Assembly: GCF_006345805.1 (NCBI RefSeq)
Contig: NW_021835108.1
Span: 1-42,847, forward strand
Reading direction: 5' to 3'
From: Octopus sinensis
Taxonomy: Eukaryota
Length of the DNA: 42,847 bases
Part shown: positions 11,198 to 23,968 of the stretch, piece after piece
How positions within the stretch are numbered: the first letter of the stretch is position 1
How the letters are laid out: each line of letters begins with the position of its first letter
Position numbers and translations under genes: made by a program
The notes under the pieces: model-generated
What the model saw: only the letters and a program-made list of their open reading frames with translations
The model's database searches: none
What the model was told of the DNA's origin: nothing

Positions 11198-11662
11198 CAT
11201 AGAAATGCTGACTCAGATAAAAGGATGGGAACTTTCGGGATTTAAGGTTTAGTATATAATTATAGGATTTATATATTTTTTCTATTCAAAGCTTCTCAAT
11301 CTCTCCGTTTCTCCTTCCCGCTCTTTCTCTCTCTCTCTCTCACTCTCTCTCACTCACGCCTTCATCCATTCTCCTTTCTCTTCTCGTGATTGAAACTTCT
11401 GCTCCCTCACACTCTCGTGATTAGCTGGTAGGCTCATTGGATTTTGATAGCTGTGTGTTCTCATACTGAGACACGCACACATGCACAAACACACACACAC
11501 ACACACACACGTGTGTATGTGGATGTATACACATATATATATATAAATACATATATAACTCCATTTATGCACAAATGTAAATATATATACATACATATAC
11601 ATATACAAAGGGCCAGATAGATTACTTTTAATAGATTTTGATAGATATGCATAATCAGACAC

Positions 11663-11720
<58 letters not shown>

Positions 11721-11982
11721 CAGAGAAAGAGGGAGAGAGAGAGAGAGAGATTCACTTCTTTAATTGACCCTTCGAAGGGGGTGACTGTGGGAGTCGAAGC
11801 AACTTAAACTGAAAATCGGAAGTCTGATGGACGTAACTAAATACTAAAAATTTTGTGTTTGCGTTCCTACCAAATTCTCTGCCAATGTAGAATGCCGATA
11901 AAGTATATACGATATGTATATATATATATATATATAAGAGTATATAAAACGAAAATTTATTTTTCTTCGTGTTATTATTCAA

Positions 11983-11983
<1 letters not shown>

Positions 11984-12031
<48 letters not shown>

Positions 12032-12055
12032 TATTATTATTATTATTATTATTAC
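11984..12055. repeat. (TAT)n microsatellite
   Basis: Direct reading. Confidence 0.95.
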
Positions 12056-12240
12056 TAATATGTTGTTCTTGTTATTGTTGGAGAGAACAGACATCTTGAC
12101 TTGGACGTTTTTGGTGTTAAGGAAAGGCTGGGCTCTTATTCTTTTTATCTCAAAGCCGTGTTCACACGCTTAGCTGCACTCGTCCGAACACCAAACACTC
12201 TTATTTTCTTTTAAGTGGGAGTGCTACTTATTTATCAACT

Positions 12241-12438
12241 ACACACACACAAACACACAAACACACACACATACACACAAATATACACTCACACAAACAC
12301 ATTCTGACACTCACATGCGCACACAGATACTTCAAAATACACCCTTAGACACCCATTCACGTATGCATATCTATATGCATCGGTGTATATACTTATACGT
12401 ATATATACGCATATATATATATATATTCATATATTTAT

Positions 12439-12478
<40 letters not shown>

Positions 12479-12551
12479 GGATGTAGACACACATATATAT
12501 ATGTATGTTCACATATATATATAGACATATATACGTCCATATCTATATATA

Positions 12552-12597
<46 letters not shown>

Positions 12598-12769
12598 CAT
12601 ATATATATATGTATATATACATATATATATATATACATATGATATATATATATATTTATATATATACGTATAAATTTCTTTATCGCGCTTTCCTTTCACA
12701 CACATATATACATACATATATATGTATATTTATGATGTATATATATATATGTATATCTATATATGCATA

Positions 12770-12805
<36 letters not shown>

Positions 12806-12966
12806 CTTGTACGTATCAATGCGTATATTTATATATATGTATATATAATTTTCTTACATGTAAACATTAGACTGGCGCAAACACGAATATGTGTGTGTCT
12901 ATGCGTATATACAGCGGCACACAGACATATCTGACACACACACACACACATACACACACACACACA

Positions 12967-12997
<31 letters not shown>

Positions 12998-13020
12998 CAC
13001 AACAACAGGGAAACACACAC
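12241..13020. repeat. (CA)n/(TA)n/(TG)n microsatellite field
   Basis: Direct reading. Confidence 0.9.
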
Positions 13021-13616
13021 ATAACCTCAGTCATACACTCATAGGACATTCTCTGATTTTTCTCAGGCATTACATTCGTTACATTTGACCTCATTTGTTG
13101 AAACACTTGGATGCTCTCAAAACATTTTACTATATATATCTCTTCAAACTTTAATCACAATTAAAATAAGATAATGGAAAATGAAATAAATAAAACTATT
13201 TAAAATAAAATAAAATAAAATATAATATTAATCTAAATCATGTGACTGAGTTTCATCGCTTATACTCATCGCTGAACTTTGACCGTTATGGCTAACACCA
13301 CAAACAGGACACCATTTTTTTTTTGTTTTTGTGACTTATATCCTTATTACTCATTTCCGGTTATCTTGTTCTTTTCGATCTCTTTTTAACTTTTTTTGTA
13401 TTTTTGGGACTTTTGTTTTTGGACACATTCTTGGCGTAGTGGTTCGTTACGTCTTGATGGCAATTCGGGGATCAAATTCATCTTATACAGGTTTTCATTT
13501 ACTATAAGCTAGCTGTTCACATATACAGTGACATAGCAAGAATGTGTGCCACTCGGAGTGACCCTTGAGTTTACTGCCCCTCTCCGGAGACCCCAAGCCT
13601 GTACAAGCTTATATTG

Positions 13617-13917
13617 TTTATTCCTTCTCGAGTCACGCCTGGCTCAATAGGTCCGGTTTCCCAGTTACCTTGGCGTATAGGTTCCCTACCTGGAAGGAAA
13701 GCCGGTCCGTAGCATGTGAGCTGCAAGACGCAGGAGGAAAGAGTGAGAGAAAGTTGTGGCGAAAGAGTCAGCTGAAGTTCGCCATTACCTTGTGCCGGAG
13801 CCACGTGGAGCATAGGTGTTTCGCTCATAAACACACACATCGCCCGGTCTGAGATTCGAACCCGCGATCCCCTGACCGCGAGACCGCTGCACTAACCACT
13901 AGACCATGTGCCTCCAC
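13617..13917 (-). mobile_element. Full-length tRNA-derived SINE family C with 14-bp TSD
   Basis: Minus strand begins ggaggcacatggtctagtggttag (A box) ... ggttcgaatctc (B box); flanked by acaagcttatattg (13603-13616) and acaaacttatattg (13918-13931). Confidence 0.9.
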
Positions 13918-14881
13918 ACAAACTTATATTGCACACCAGAAATTGCCGCACCCATATAAGCGTTGCTTATGGTGGATCAATCTCCACCCTTAGCTATCCC
14001 CTTAGCCACGCTATTGCACATGTGGCTTGTATACTGAAATTGAGAAATTGTATCTTATATTGAAACTGGTTTGCTAAGTTTGTTTACAACGAGCATAAAC
14101 AGAAGTGTTGCTGATGTAGTTGTTGCTTAGCCTTCAGTTTAGTCCTGATTGGGTGGGTGTATAATCAAAAGCAATCTAATCGTAATCAGTCCATATAACC
14201 CTAGCTACTGATACCTCACTTAATCGAATGTTTATGAAAATCATCGATGAAATCTACTTACATTTATATTTCTTCAAATTTAAACTTAAATCAGATTATT
14301 GCTGTGCTTTAGCTCATATTGTCTAAGTAAAATGAAAGAGCTTTGTATCTATATCACCAGACTTGGCAGTTTCATTCCGATTATATGAACAGTGAGGTCG
14401 ATGAGATCCCATAAGTTTTCGTGTACCAAATGTCACTGACAAAGCTTTAATGATTCCGTGTTTTTGATATAAGACGTTTTCCCAAGGTACTCTGCAGTGT
14501 GATGTTATCAGGAAAGGATCGCACGGAATTGAGGCGAATTTCTCAACCACAGAATATACCATCCGCGCGTGAACACATACATGCATACATTTCTACCTAA
14601 GATTTGATTTAGTTGAATTTCTTGTGCGCTTTCTGTTAACAATTACCAACAGACTGGTGCTTTATCTTTTCGAGAACCTCCCAGAATGGTAAAAGGTAAC
14701 GTCTACCTTGAGGAAATGTGAACTCTGTGTCCAAATACACGCATGGCTACTGTACATTGATACATACTAATGTTATGTACAGGTAAATCTTACCTGTCAG
14801 TACCCTGTAGACGTTTTCCTTCTTTAGTCATTAGTCAAGAAGCAGACCTATGATAAATGGCATTCCCATCTTACCGGACAG

Positions 14882-15266
14882 TTTATTACCTTCGCCTTAG
14901 CAAAGGCAGAAGTATTGTTTCAGTCGTGTTTGTTTGTTTGTTTGTCTGTGGACAAGATATCTCAAGAACCGCTGGATGGATTCTGATGAAGCATTCAGGG
15001 ATGTTTTGCCTCGTGGTTGGCACGAACTTATAAAATTTTGGGATCGATCCGGTACTAGACAAGGATCTGAATTATTTTTCCTGTTTTTTTTTTTTTTTTT
15101 TTACTTAATTTTTGAGAACCGTCGGGTTCATTTTTAGTATTCTCGTTTGTGAGAGCAATCGAGTTTATTTCAAATATTCTCATTTTAAAAATCATCTCTG
15201 GCTAATTGTTGAGAGGACATTGGTGTTGCCTTGGCGGAAGTTCGCGTTCTCTGAGTGCTCTGGTTT
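14882..15266 (+). mobile_element. Helentron-associated non-autonomous element (HINE / DINE-1-like)
   Basis: 5' accttcgcc with nearby inverted partner ggcagaagt, (GTTT)n/GTCT microsatellite at ~14927-14948, 3' sub-terminal ccttggcggaagt (15229-15241), terminal stem-loop gcgttc-tct-gagtgc (15244-15258), T-rich junctions. Confidence 0.75.
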
Positions 15267-15944
15267 AAGGTATTTCTTTACAAATGAAACCATAGATTGT
15301 TTTAGAGAAGATCTTTACGGCAAATACCATTATGTGGTGCGTCCACATATGATTCCTAGTGCTGATAATTTACGGCAATACAGAAGATATAAGTTTATAT
15401 GGACGTATGTACATTTTAAAGAAAAAATAATCACATTATATCTAAACTCATAAACATTACCTATACTTCTTAAATTTAAGTCTACACTAGATACATCTTC
15501 TTTCCGATTCTTATGTTCCTTCTTTGGCCATCATGCTGATGAATTACCCTTAGTGACTTTCAAAAGAAGCGCTACGTGGTGAATATCTAAGTTGTAAGTC
15601 TGTGACTGATAGCTAAAGTAAACAAGGAGTCAAATGATATCGATTGTTCCGTCCAGAAGCTTCACACAACTTAACATCAAATGAAACAACGAGAGGTTTC
15701 CAATATGTGGTTATTCTGCCTGCAAGAAATAGCAGTAAAGTCTCTTTCAAATTGTACTCTACTGTCTTATGCAACAAAAGGTATCCCCACTGCCAAAATT
15801 TCAAAGATTGTAATACCAATAAAACTGTCGGTCATATGTATTGGACATTTTGGTCATATGACTATTAAAGCCTAGACGAGACATGAATACAAAGAACATT
15901 GTTACCGACATCAACACCACCAAGTCGTGTCACGAAGGAGCTAT

Positions 15945-16125
15945 TTAGTGGCCAGCTAGCACTGCTAGAAACAGCGACCAAATCTTTCTGAAATCAAAGC
16001 TCCCCTTCATCTTCTTTAAAAGAGAAGGACCTTATTGTACGTATAGTCCTAGATATACGTTAGCAAGTTATTAGAGAAAAGAGACGGGATGGTTACGGCT
16101 GGAACAGCTTTGATCTGGTGAATCC
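15945..16125 (+). mobile_element. Interspersed repeat family D (probable SINE/LINE 3' part)
   Basis: ctgctagaaacagcgaccaaatct...tagtcctagata...aaaagagacgggatggttacggctggaa; related fragments at ~930-1000, 14118-14190, 14820-14875, 24980-25055, 25295-25540, 26035-26090. Confidence 0.55.
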
Positions 16126-16551
16126 GACATGTTCCTATATTAAATAGCAGTAGCAGAGGCAGGAGCAGCAATAAGCACAACAATAACAACAACAGCAAAA
16201 ATAATACAAAAGCAGTTGATTCGAATTCGTGAACCGTTCGTTGGTAGTTCAAAACCATATTCATTCACGCTTTTGGAGAATGTTCTAACCGTGACCGCCA
16301 CCGCTGCCGCCGGCACCACAGTCACCTCCGTCTCCGCCATTGCCGCCGTTGCCACTACACCCCATCTGTCCCATCACCACCACCATCACTATCCCATGCC
16401 TTCTTAGATTTACGACTTCAAACATATGGTTCCCATTTTGAAGACGGTGAGGTGTGGTGTGAGATGCGATTAGGGGATGTTTGCCTCCTACCATTGATCA
16501 CAATGAATGATCATATAGAAGTGTCTTCCTTACTTCTTATTGCGGTTGGTT

Positions 16552-16690
16552 TTATTGTTTAGCCCCAGGTCAGCCCTGATCATGTACACCTATGATCATA
16601 GACATTCCAGCCTTGTTGTTATTGTTAGTCCCAAGTCATCCTTGATCGAACAGTTCTATGATCAAAAGCGTTCCAGACATGGCTGTGTAT
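16552..16690 (-). mobile_element. Two tandem 3'-end fragments of repeat family D
   Basis: ttgtttagccccaggtcagccctgatc...ctatgatca...ttccag repeated as ttgttagtcccaagtcatccttgatc...ctatgatca...ttccag. Confidence 0.6.
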
Positions 16691-16887
16691 TTTATTCGGC
16701 CTTTCCCTAAGTGTCTCTCTTCTTTTCACAGTAAGGATCTACTTGAACTAAACTAAAATAGCAGCATCACTGTCACCATAACGACAAGCATCTATCAATA
16801 CGATTCCACAAGTAAAGCAAAGCTATGTGGTCACTGAATTTGCTGGGAATAGATATGATTTAAAGATTTAGCTGCTAATAACCATAT

Positions 16888-17007
16888 TGACTTTGCTTTT
16901 ACCTTTCCGAGATCGATACATTCAGTACCAGGTCGATACTGTACTGTGATCGATATTAATTATAAACTCCCATCAAAAATTATGGCCATGTTTATATCTT
17001 AAAAACC
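16888..17007 (+). mobile_element. SINE family A body, degenerate
   Basis: gactttgcttttacctttccgagatcgatacattcagtaccag resembles 4202-4243. Confidence 0.6.
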
Positions 17008-18273
17008 AATATCTCAATGGCATTCTTTACCTCAGTTATCCAGATGGTGTTATGTGAAACAGTTTGAAACGGAATGTAGCAACGAGTCGACCACCGGTAT
17101 TCGAAACATGTAACTATCGTATAGCTTAGCGGTTGCCTAGAGATCGATATAGACTATTTCCTAAGAAAGTTGATGGAACTGTAAGATGGAAGAATAAGAA
17201 TACAATTCAAAGTTTGGCGGTCAACGGCTAGCAGGATAAAATTATAGCTCTCTTCACAGTTAGGAAACACTTGACTTGAAATATTTTCAAATCTAAATGT
17301 CATAATCATATGTATTAAAATAATGACGTTATGATGTGGGGTAAAATATTATAAAGAACGGCTCTTCCGGCTTATGAAGACATCACACAGAATAGCTGGG
17401 AACAATTTCATAATTAGACATATCACCGCATCACAAAGTTACAGACGTAACGACGTAACAGAGAACGTTTTCGTCGTATGGAAGTCCTTTGTGCCATGAA
17501 TAAAGAAACGTCTCGGAGAATATTTTCACAACTGAACAGTTTACCTTGCATCGTAAAGGAACGGATGTCGTTGGAAACATTTATTCCTAATTTGGCATCT
17601 TTTGATTGCCATCAAAGTACAGATGTAGCAAGGAAACAGTTTCATAATTTTGACGATTAATTGTGCCCTAACGGCACAAACATAACAAATAACATTTTCA
17701 CAATACGGCAGCTTTCCTGCTTTACGAGGGCAATGGTGTTGCGGGGAGCATTTTCGTAATTTTGAATCATTCCCACACCTGGGACCATATTTGCAATTTG
17801 ACAGCTCTCCCCAGTTTTGAGGTCAAAGGAAAAGCAATAAGACTTTATTTTGCCTTTTTATCTTTCACAACTTAGCGTTTCCGTATCGTGAAGGCAAACA
17901 AAACGCAAAAAGAACATATTTCGTAAAAATCATTACTGAGTGTATTACTGAAAATGGCTATGTTTGAGAGGATGTTCTGGAGGTTGAATGAAGGTCCTGC
18001 AATAATGTGATCGAGGTCGACAGATTCCAACGTTAGACGTTCCCTAGTTTAGCTGGATGACTGCTTTACTTATAACATGAAGTAGCTGTCATTGTTTTCT
18101 CTATCTTATCTCCATAAGAGATTGTAATTCATAACGCTTTTAGTTGCTCAAGTGGCTAATAATTATTTAAGGGAGAAGAGATTATGGAACAGCTGTGGAA
18201 ATTGCCTACTGCTGCGGGTAGTGGTGATGGTGGTTGTGCTACTACTACTAATACAAGGACAACAACAATAATA

Positions 18274-18304
<31 letters not shown>

Positions 18305-18307
<3 letters not shown>

Positions 18308-18822
18308 GAAGTGTTAACATGTACGCGATTTGTCTTGGTGTAAGATATGGGCTACAGCAAATATTTTGTTCAAAGTTGCAGACTTGCTTGTCAGTTGCTT
18401 GGTCTTAACCAGTTGAGCATGTCGTTTAGGGGCTGATGTTGTGTACATTTTTGATAATGGACAGGAGTAGTGGGGGGGGATGCATTAAATCCATGAGTTG
18501 AGGTGTATTATTTGGGACTTGAAAAATCACTCTTGAAAACATGGCTATATCATTCATAATCCTTAAACAAACCTTATTTAGGAACCTCTTGAGCCAGATG
18601 AGTTGACCAAATTTCACCTGGGATGAATTAATCCAAATTTTTCCTGGGCGTCACCTGCAAGGTCATGCGATATTCATCTTGATATGAGATCACCATGTCG
18701 CGCATATATGGTTGAATGGAAGTGCTTGGTGTACACTTACCAGACGGGCAGTAATGCTGGCTATATTGGGCTGCGTATATTTGTATTTCAGCGTTACTTT
18801 GATGGCGTGTACTGCTCTCTTT
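18305..18822. mobile_element. ~500-bp interspersed repeat embedded in TAA/TAC microsatellite (possibly R4/Dong-type LINE end)
   Basis: Complex sequence bounded by (TAT)n on the left and (TAC)n(TAA)n on the right; resembles from memory an abundant octopus repeat. Family assignment is inference. Confidence 0.4.
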
Positions 18823-18825
18823 AGT

Positions 18826-18851
18826 TACTACTACTACTACTACTACTACTA

Positions 18852-18886
<35 letters not shown>

Positions 18887-18982
18887 ATAATAATAATAAT
18901 AATAATAATATAATAATAATAATGAGGATAATGATGATAATAATAATGTAATACTTTTGCTACTAATACTACTACAACTACT
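18826..18982. repeat. (TAC)n-(TAA)n microsatellite
   Basis: Direct reading. Confidence 0.95.
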
Positions 18983-19933
18983 AAACCAACATTCTGAACA
19001 AGGAACGGCTCTCAACTCCCTTGAAAAGAGAACGGACAAAAAAAAAAACAAAAAAAAACAATATCAGAATCACGCGTAGGGAACGTTTCATCGCCGACCC
19101 TTACTTTTAAATATCATATCACTGCTAGAAGAAAAAACAAACAAATGAAACCTTAAAATAAACAAAACATAGTATAAGACAAAAGAAAAAAAATAATAAT
19201 AAAAGAAACCCCGATGAGAATAAAGTGAAGCTGTAATGGCGTTTCTTAACAGGAAATCACTTCCTGTGTTCCTGTTTGCCACTATAATACTTTTCCTATC
19301 AGTAAAAGACAGCCAAGAGGATTTCGGTTAACATAACCGTTGATCTCTGGCAATATTGACTATCTATTTTCTTCTCTTCTCTTCTCTTCTGTTCAACGGT
19401 CTCTCATTTTCTCTGTTTGTGTATGTATACGGGTTGTATGTGTGCAGGTATGTGTGAGCGTGTTTGTAACAAATAAACAAATATATAAATAAATAAAAAT
19501 ATTATGCGATGGAGATGATACGCGCTTAGTTAGACAACAAGATCTTCGAAAACGAAACCCAATAAACTGAATATGACGGAGATCTAGAGATGACAGTTTG
19601 CCAGGGCAAAGTTCATGAACAAAGTTTCAGGCTATTGTTGGTCTTATATTATCACTTCAATAATATAACATAATATAACATAACATAATATATAAACTAC
19701 AGTCAGTAGTAAGGAAGGTAAAACTTAACAAGTTACAGTGTGCAAATTTCAGGAAGATTCAACGAACAGATAGGCGACCAAAGCAAAGTTTCACAGACGT
19801 TTAGATGTGATGCCAGGTTTGATGAAAAGAAAAGAAAGAGACTAAAAGGAAGACGCATAGCGACAGTTGGCCGGATGAATTCTCGGGTTAGATGGGTAAC
19901 TTTAAGCATATAATGCTATCTACGTATGTATCA

Positions 19934-19968
<35 letters not shown>

Positions 19969-20215
19969 CGTGTGTGAATGTATGTACGTGTGAGTTTTTC
20001 TATGTCTGTGTAAGAATATATATATATATATGTATATGTACGCATGTATGTATACACATACATACGCACAAACAAACACACACAGACACGCATCCATACG
20101 TACATGCATAGAAACGGGCGCATGCATATACACGTATTTCTCCCTTAGGAATAAGGCTTAAGTTTCTGATTGGCCAGTGGTGAAGATAAAGTGATTTGAG
20201 ATCAGCGCGCTAATG

Positions 20216-20265
20216 ACACTTATTTTATCGACCCCGAAAGGATGAAAGGCGAATAGGTTTGACCT
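20216..20265 (-). mobile_element. SINE family A core fragment
   Basis: ttattttatcgaccccgaaaggatgaaaggc is the reverse complement of the family A core. Confidence 0.75.
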
Positions 20266-21160
20266 TAGAAAACCACGTGACACAAAATCAGACCCTGCAA
20301 AGAAACTAAACCCTTTATATAATATATCAGTTATCTCATTGATATGCATGTGAGTATGCGTGTTCGTGTGTGTGTGTATGTGTGTGTAAGCATTGATTTG
20401 TTAACGTAAATACTAAATATGTATATTGAGTTACTTTAGGATATGAGAGAGCGCGAGTAACGAAGTGGATAAGAAGTGGTTTTCTATCGTAGAGGTCATC
20501 ATTTAGTATTGTCATCAACACTAAGATGTATAGTGGAGAGCAAGCTTTAATATCCACGGGTGCTGAGAGGGAACGGTCTCAAGGACGTAAGCGACGGCAG
20601 CAATGTTAAATTTCCAAGTGACTCGCTAGCTTCAAATGTTGGGATTGAGTGACTTATCTAAGACCTGGAGAAGGCAACGGGAAAATCGAGGAGAGCGAAT
20701 CCGTTATTAGTGCCCTTTAGTGTCAACCATCATAGTTTCGTTTCCCCCTCATGATGTAGTATTTTGTACGAGTAACTGGGGAATAATTTTGATGTTTTCT
20801 TTGTCATACTACAACTTAAGCAATAATAACTCTTTGTACTAAAGCAATGATAATAAAGTCTGATTAAATCACAATACTACCCTCAATCCACGTACGTGAC
20901 TGGTATTTTACTTCATCGTTCTACGAAAAGATAATAAAATATGGGTGAAATGAGCTCCATTGGATTGCAAATAAAAATATAAAGGGATGCAATTATCTAC
21001 TACAAGATATTCTGACCAGCTCTCTACCGATCATCCTGGCAAAACATAGGGATCTAAGTCAACCGTGCCCCAATCATTCTTAGTTTTCTCCCCAAGCTTA
21101 AGGCGAATATACCTTATAAGGAATATATCTGATTGAATTAAAATACTTATGTATATTGGT

Positions 21161-21333
21161 TTCAATTTTGGTGGAAGGGTTATATCGATTACATAGTCAC
21201 CAGTGCTCAATTGGTCCTTTATTTTATCGACCCCGAAAAGATGAAAGGCAAAGTTGACCTCGGCGGAATTTGAATACAGAACGTCAGGTTGGAAGAAATG
21301 CTTCGAAGCGTTTTACCCGACGCACTAACGATT
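21161..21333 (-). mobile_element. SINE family A
   Basis: ttttatcgaccccgaaaagatgaaaggcaaagttgacctcggcggaatttgaatacagaacg. Confidence 0.85.
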
Positions 21334-23436
21334 TAAAATACATCAACGCTTTACAATACCTCTGTAGGTTAAAATTGCATTGTGTAATGGTCCCTTATCT
21401 TGCAAGCAAAAGTAAGTCTCGATATAATTTCATTTATGAAAGTAAAGAAGGAAATTGAAATCTCAAGATCCTAGGGATTTTTGAGATTTCGATTGAAATT
21501 AAAGTTTTACTCTTTTAAATCATTTGACTTCATCCATGATGAAGCACCATCTCTAACTCTTATATCAATTGTATCGTCTCCAGTACTTCACTACTTTATT
21601 TTAGCAATCACTAACACTCGAAAAAAACTACTGTGAGCTTTTCATCTTTTTTAGCAAATTGTATTAACATGTTTCTTCTTATAAATTAATTATACACACA
21701 CATGCTACGTAAGATTATTGCAATTCGATTTTTATCAATGACATCGCTTGATTGCTCCCTTATATATGAGCAGCAAGGATGCGGCAGCAATGTGTTACTC
21801 ATGCAGCAGGTGTTCATCGAGCCTATCAGCTATGCTGACACGTGCTTTCATTTCATATTCCGTTTACATGCCAGTTAAACTTGAGTGTGATTTTAAGATA
21901 CAATTTAGCAACGCTGTTAAAAGTAGATAATGCGGTTAGACCACCTATTTTTCTGTCTGTGACCTTAAAAACATAAGATCAACCGATTTATAAGCACGAT
22001 TTTTTAAAGTAGTCTAAATATTTTACTATATCTTGTTTTCTATCCATAAAGGCAGAACAGAATAGTTTTTTTATAAGCTATTTATAGTATATACAACCTT
22101 ATTTACAATGTAATTGCTGCGACTTAGCTAGTATAACAGAAATTGGAGCATTTGATATGATTAATATAATTCAATAGTGGGTTCTTCAAACGTACTCTTG
22201 TGATCCAGTACTCAGTTGCACTTGTTGTATCCAGTACAAATGAGGAAATAAAACCACGGTGGTGAAACACACGAACAAATTATATAAACGGCATCTTGTG
22301 TTTTTCGCATTTTCCACGCACACACACACACACACACACGTATGCATATATGCATGTGTGTGTGTGTGTGTGTGTGTTTGGAGAGGATTGTTTTTCTTCT
22401 ACTGAATGGATTATCTTAAATTCAATGAAACGATGAAACATCGCAATCACTTACATCAGCTATTTCTTACGGCCACACATGAAGAGCTGTGTGTCCGTAA
22501 CAAATTTATCGATACAGGGCCAACAAATAATCCTGTAACATATCCGTTAATATAATAACCTCCTATCAGTTAAATGATTTAAAACATATTATCCTTGTTA
22601 TAACATTTGTATAACATCATCTTCTAGATATCAATCGTCTAGTTAATACAGTTGGCTCTTCATCTTCAATTCTATTGCTATTATATTAGATTCAATTATT
22701 TATTGATGTCGATAATTCACACAAATATCTGTTCGATATAATCCTGCCGGGATTATCACAAAAATCTGTAACTATATTATAATAAAACTTGACTGATGAC
22801 TAGCCAACTAGGGTTGCTTAAACTGTTAAGAATAATAGCCAGATGTCTCTCTTTCGAACCACTCCCTACCGGATTTTATTTAAATACAAAGCATTCATAC
22901 ATAATACACTGTTCCTCAATTTCACAAACAAACATTACATAATGCACTTCATTAGCTTACAGCTGTTTCTGCTTAGATGCAATGTTTCTTACGTTTCAGT
23001 AATTGTATCCTACCCTGTAGCTTTGTCGGAGCTTCAACAATGGATTGCAATTTTAGTTGGGAAAGCTTTTATATACATTGAAAACGTCATCATAAACAAC
23101 AAAGAGAAACAGCATATGCATGAAATGTAGCATAGAGGTCGAAGAATAAAACTACTCTCAGAGAAACTGTATATATGCATGAATACTTACGTGCATAAAT
23201 AAATAAACACGCGCGCGCGCACACACAATCGCACACACATACACACACACACACATATAAACGTAGAATGTTTGTGGTTGAAAATTTGGATCACGGTTCT
23301 GTTTTATTAGAGCTGATCTGAGATTGAACGCCTACCAACAACAGCATCAGCTAAGAATCTTGACGTTTTTGCAGATGTTTAAAATCGATATTGCATCTAA
23401 CCATTAAAGAACCCATTATTAGTTTAAAGTGAAAGC

Positions 23437-23454
23437 AATAATAATAATAACAAC

Positions 23455-23509
<55 letters not shown>

Positions 23510-23525
23510 TAATAATAATAATAAT
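23437..23525. repeat. (AAT)n microsatellite (likely SINE tail)
   Basis: Direct reading; abuts the 3' end of a minus-strand SINE. Confidence 0.95.
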
Positions 23526-23526
23526 C

Positions 23527-23742
23527 ATTATACCTACTACTGGCACAAGGTCTAGAATTTGGTGGGAGGGGACTAGTCGATTACATCGATCCCAGTGTTT
23601 CACTGGTACTTAATTTATCAACCACGAATGGTTGAATGGTAAAGACAACATTAGCAGAATTTAATCTCAGAACGTAAACGACGGACGAAATACCACTAAG
23701 AATTTTACCAGGCGTTTTCACGATTCACCCAGCTCACCTCAT
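23527..23742 (-). mobile_element. SINE family A, full-length monomer
   Basis: Colinear with the adjacent copy 23763-23968 and with 3929-4100. Confidence 0.85.
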
Positions 23743-23762
23743 TAGATAACAGTAATAACAAC

Positions 23763-23968
23763 TCTTTCTAGTAAGGGCAGAAGGCCTGAAAATTTGGGGG
23801 TAGGGACCAGGCGGTTACATCGATCCCAGGGTTTCACTGGTACTTAATTTATCGACCCTTGAAGTATGAAAGTCAAAGTCGACCTCGGCGGAATTTGAAC
23901 TCAGAACGTGAAGACGGACGAAATACCGCTTGCCCAGAGTTTTAACGATTCTGACAGCGCACCGCCTT
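23763..23968 (-). mobile_element. SINE family A with 17-bp TSD
   Basis: Flanked by ataacagtaataacaac (23746-23762) and ataatagtaataacaac (23971-23987). Confidence 0.9.

Noticed and set aside
13843-13915. tRNA gene
   Set aside because: No proper acceptor stem; continues into a SINE body enclosed by a TSD.
14779-14797. Short hairpins (also 17661-17679 and ~22739-22757)
   Set aside because: 7-8 bp stems are expected by chance.
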